In this document: positions 60,284 to 64,000 of the stretch, piece by piece
How positions within the stretch are numbered: the first letter of the stretch is position 1
Layout: every line of letters starts with the position of its first letter
Origin: Tubiluchus corallicola
Taxonomy: Eukaryota > Animalia > Priapulida
Direction: 5' to 3'
DNA: 64,000 nucleotides
Assembly (NCBI GenBank): GCA_030141605.1
Contig: JAQGDQ010000341.1
Span: 62,001-126,000 of the forward strand
The notes under the pieces: model-generated
Database searches by the model: none
What the model was told of the DNA's origin: nothing
What the model saw: the letters and a program-made list of their open reading frames with translations, nothing else
Program-made: the position numbers and the translations under genes

Positions 60284-61865
60284 TATACGATGCAGCTATA
60301 CCAGAGAGTGGCAAGTCGAACAATGTCGATCTTATCATTACTATTTAACGTTACGAAACTACAGGATTTGTAACATACTAATTAATATATTCATATTGCC
60401 TAATGAGAAAAACATCCAAAATAATATACTTTATATTATATACATGAAGGAAAAACACCTTGGTTAACGTAGTCCATAATACTGAATGAACTAACATAAT
60501 ATGGCAAGGAACAAAACTGCTATAAAATAATTTTTGATTTTTTTGCACTATGTTTTAATTTACTGTCCTTATGATTTCAAAAAAAATTTATGAAACTGCT
60601 AAAACTTTGGAAAAAAATGCAAAACCTTTTCAGTAAGCATTAAATCTGTACTGTAGGCTTTTTTCATGAATGACAAAAAATATTAGTAAAGCTGCAGTAA
60701 TACTGCACCACAAAGCAATCACGCAGAAAAATATTAAAAATCCGAATGTGTCTTTCTCATGAGTTATTAAGCAAGTATTTAAACAGATACCAGTTTTTTA
60801 CATACATGGTGACATCGCAGTGTATTGAATGCACAAACAATACGTGCTAAGTGAAGTTTCAGGCACAAAGTATTAAACAAGAAAATGAGATTGTTATTAT
60901 TCTGCCAAAAATGCAAAGATCTGTACACTAATTATGAATTACAATTGCCATTTAACTGTTTAAAAATGATTCAAAAGTGCAGAAGCAGAAAAACAAACAG
61001 GAACAAACATAGTCTTGATAAAGAAAAAATTCTTCTAATGCAAAATTGAGCAGTTTGCTCATTTTATTTATAGAGAATAAAATGCAATCTTGTTTGTTTA
61101 CAGGTACAGTTTAGAAAATGTGTATTTGAGTATCATCGTGAAACTTGTATCGAGTAATCAATGACCAGTTATCTCAGTTATTTGTGTATTAGAATAAAAA
61201 CTGACTGATTGTTTATTATTTTTCCAATGCAACTAAAAGAAAGCCATTAATGAAAGTTAAAAATTTCATGCGTCTCTTTCCCTTTCTGACTGAATATTAA
61301 AAATCTTATTTTTTATTTGTGATAATACTCTGCAGGCTAAAATGAACATGGTAGCATTTGTTGAGGTCGCGTTTATTGTCAATCATTATAGAATTTTAAT
61401 GTTCTAACAAAAAATATGTCACAATAACCTGTCTGCTTTATTCATAGTTATATGATAATGACAGTCGCAAACTTAGGATCATCCAGAAAAAACATTCCCT
61501 GAAACTAGGTTGTAGCTCTTCACTCTGGTAGCGGCATTGGTAAAAGAGACATTGCTCATTGCGAGCACAGTGTGTAGGAAAAGTGTTCTAAATATCCTCA
61601 CCTAGCTTGGTGAAGTTCCTTGAAGTAAATTTACATTTTTTTGAAAAGAAGAATAACCAGGCTACACACTGATATGATTTTCTTTTAGAAATGATACCTC
61701 TACCAAGATCCAGACTAGGAGTTAGTTTAGGGGAATGTTTTTTCTGGACAATCCTACACTGTGTCCTACTAGTGCTGTCTGACGTCAATAAATCACGCAA
61801 AGAGGAAATGACATCACGATGAACGGAAAAAGTCTTGCTCAGAAGACGACGGCACGACTAGCAAA

Positions 61866-64000
61866 TCAACGTCCGGTTTTTGAGTGCTGAATAAGCCACT
61901 GTAATGTTATATCTAAAAATAGAGAGCAGATTTGCATAAATTCTGACAGGTTGAGCTGCATGAGTGAAACATGGTTTCAATATTGAACTATCTTTTTTTA
62001 TGACTACTTTATGACTTTTTATCTTAGATAACTACTTCTTTTTTATCTAAACACATATTTATCATCATAACCTTTGATATTTATCATTATAACCTTTGAT
62101 ATTTATCATCATAACCTTTGGTATTTATCATCACAATCTTTGATATTTATCATCATAACCTTTGGTATTTATCATCATAACCTTTGATATTTATCATCAT
62201 AACCTTAGATATTTATCATCGTAACCTTTGATATTTATCATCATAACCTTTGATATTTATCATCATAACCTTTGATATTTATCATCATAACCTTAGATAT
62301 TTATCATCATAACCTTTGATATTTATCATCATAACCTTTGATATTTATCATAACCTTTGGTATACAATTGTACATAACTGATTATTAACACCTTATCCTA
62401 TAATGCAAAAAAATGCATGTTACAAAACATGATGCGTGTTAGTAATGAACTAAATGATGATGTCAAATTAGTAGTACTACATACTATCCATGAAAAGTAA
62501 CATGTAGATTTTATATAGTCTTGGATAGTTTGAAACAACATTACATTATGGTCGTGTTTTAGTTGAGAAGATCCGAAAGTAAATGACGAAATTTTCAGTT
62601 GACGACGATTTCAGATTTTATTTCGAACACGTAGTTCATACAGTTATCTCACAAACTTTTCTTTTTCTTGTCCAAAGCTACAAAACTGATAAAGTATCAC
62701 CGGCTGTATATTTTCCACCAAAGAAACAGATTATTGGCCCTGGCAAAGCTTTTTCAGCTATAGAATTAAAGATGGTAGTATGCATTACTGTTTTCACCTT
62801 GGCAAACATACAAATATAAAACAATACCAGCAAACATAATTGGCACTTCATTAACGGGTACTAAAAAGTGCCTAGGCAGTTACTAGTGCAACAAAATTAA
62901 AAATTGAAGGATTTCACAGAAATTTGGAAAAAATGGGTGATTTAAAGTAAAAAAAACAAAAAAATTCCACTAATCATAGTCGTAATTAATTAATGGTTTC
63001 AAGTAATTTCATTTATACTCACCTATATTTTCTTTTTCCTTACAGGATATTGAATAACAGCAGATCTCTCTATCCTGTATGGCTGCAAGATTCCTGGAAA
63101 AATGTAAAATAAATTAATACAACGTTTAGTTAACCTCACCTCTTTGCGTAGGACTCACAGAAATTATTAAAGAAGACACCTGTTGTAGTACGGTCATGCT
63201 TCCGTTGTCAAATATCTCCATACTCGTACAAATCGGTTTTCGACCAGAAAATTCGAGCTGAAATTGTCTCCGCTCTCGACCAACCGCCAAACACGTGATG
63301 AACGCATCCGCGGCAAGCCGAGTAGAGCCAAGCGTAACCAACCACGCATGAGAGGAGTCACCTAACATCGCTAAGTGCTTTCTATGCTTATTTTTCTCCG
63401 CTTTTTTATGCAGGAATAATTGTTTTTCTTTCTAAGTAATTCTTTTATGTTTTTCTTATCAATTATATCATATCTACTGTTTGAATAAACATTTTTGCAT
63501 TATTATATTTCGTTTTAGTAATACTTTACAATTCATTTGGTGCTTGAGAACGGATTATTTCTTATGGGAATAAATTATTTGCTACTCAACCAAATCGGTT
63601 TTCAAACATTTTTTAGGAACGAATTATAGTCAAAAACAGTGGTACTAATGTATAACAATTATTGCTTACTTTTCTTGGTTTTCAAAGATAAATGATACTT
63701 AAAATCATTTCTTGTGCTAATGTGCAGAATTGTATATCTAAGAAACGATGCAGTTTTGTCTACTGAGTAGTACTCTGTCTACACAAAGTTTATCCCATAT
63801 CTAGATTTACCTACAAATGATTATCATATTATGATAAAGCTATAACTCTGGAGAAGCAGTAACGGTAAATTTCAACCACAAACGTCATACGTACATTCGT
63901 TCTATTAATTCCTTCTCATCAAGAGCATTTGGCAGATCTCGTTTGTTACCTAATACTAATATAGGAATGGCTTGCAGTTGGGGTTTATCAAGCAGATTAT
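61866..64000 (-). CDS. ARL8: ADP-ribosylation factor-like GTPase 8, last three coding exons (64000-63895 partial, 63093-63023, 61912-61866)
   Basis: Spliced translation [73 protein letters not shown] is near-identical to the ARL8A/B C-terminus; absent from the ORF track. Confidence 0.96.
62056..62360. repeat. 22-bp minisatellite (atatttatcatcataacctttg), ~14 copies, in the last ARL8 intron
   Basis: Direct inspection. Confidence 0.96.

Overview
AT-rich eukaryotic (animal, most likely invertebrate) genomic DNA with GT-AG spliceosomal introns and many decayed transposons. It is not prokaryotic, and I see no rRNA, intact tRNA or CRISPR array. The left ~16 kb holds genes with uninterrupted CDSs: TATDN1, a cytosolic sulfotransferase and three orphan two-TM hairpin membrane proteins. 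The 18-33 kb region holds a tandem array of LRR genes missed by the ORF track. Two intact two-exon copies (278 and 275 aa) splice in phase to give signal peptide + unusual 4-Cys cap + LRRs + LRRCT + GPI-like hydrophobic tail; a broken third copy and further LRR-like scraps lie upstream. The right half holds three spliced genes that I assembled by hand: TIMMDC1 (7 coding exons, + strand), whose candidate first exon lies inside a Mutator-like element; a Shisa-like single-pass protein (5 exons, - strand) with a duplicated splice acceptor; and the 3' end of ARL8 (- strand). Mobile DNA includes Kolobok-, Mutator-, Harbinger-, hAT- and mariner-type elements, LINE remnants (RTE, Rex1, L2/CR1, an R2/NeSL-type RLE fragment) and tRNA-like SINE heads. 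All family assignments come from motif recognition by eye, not from database searches.
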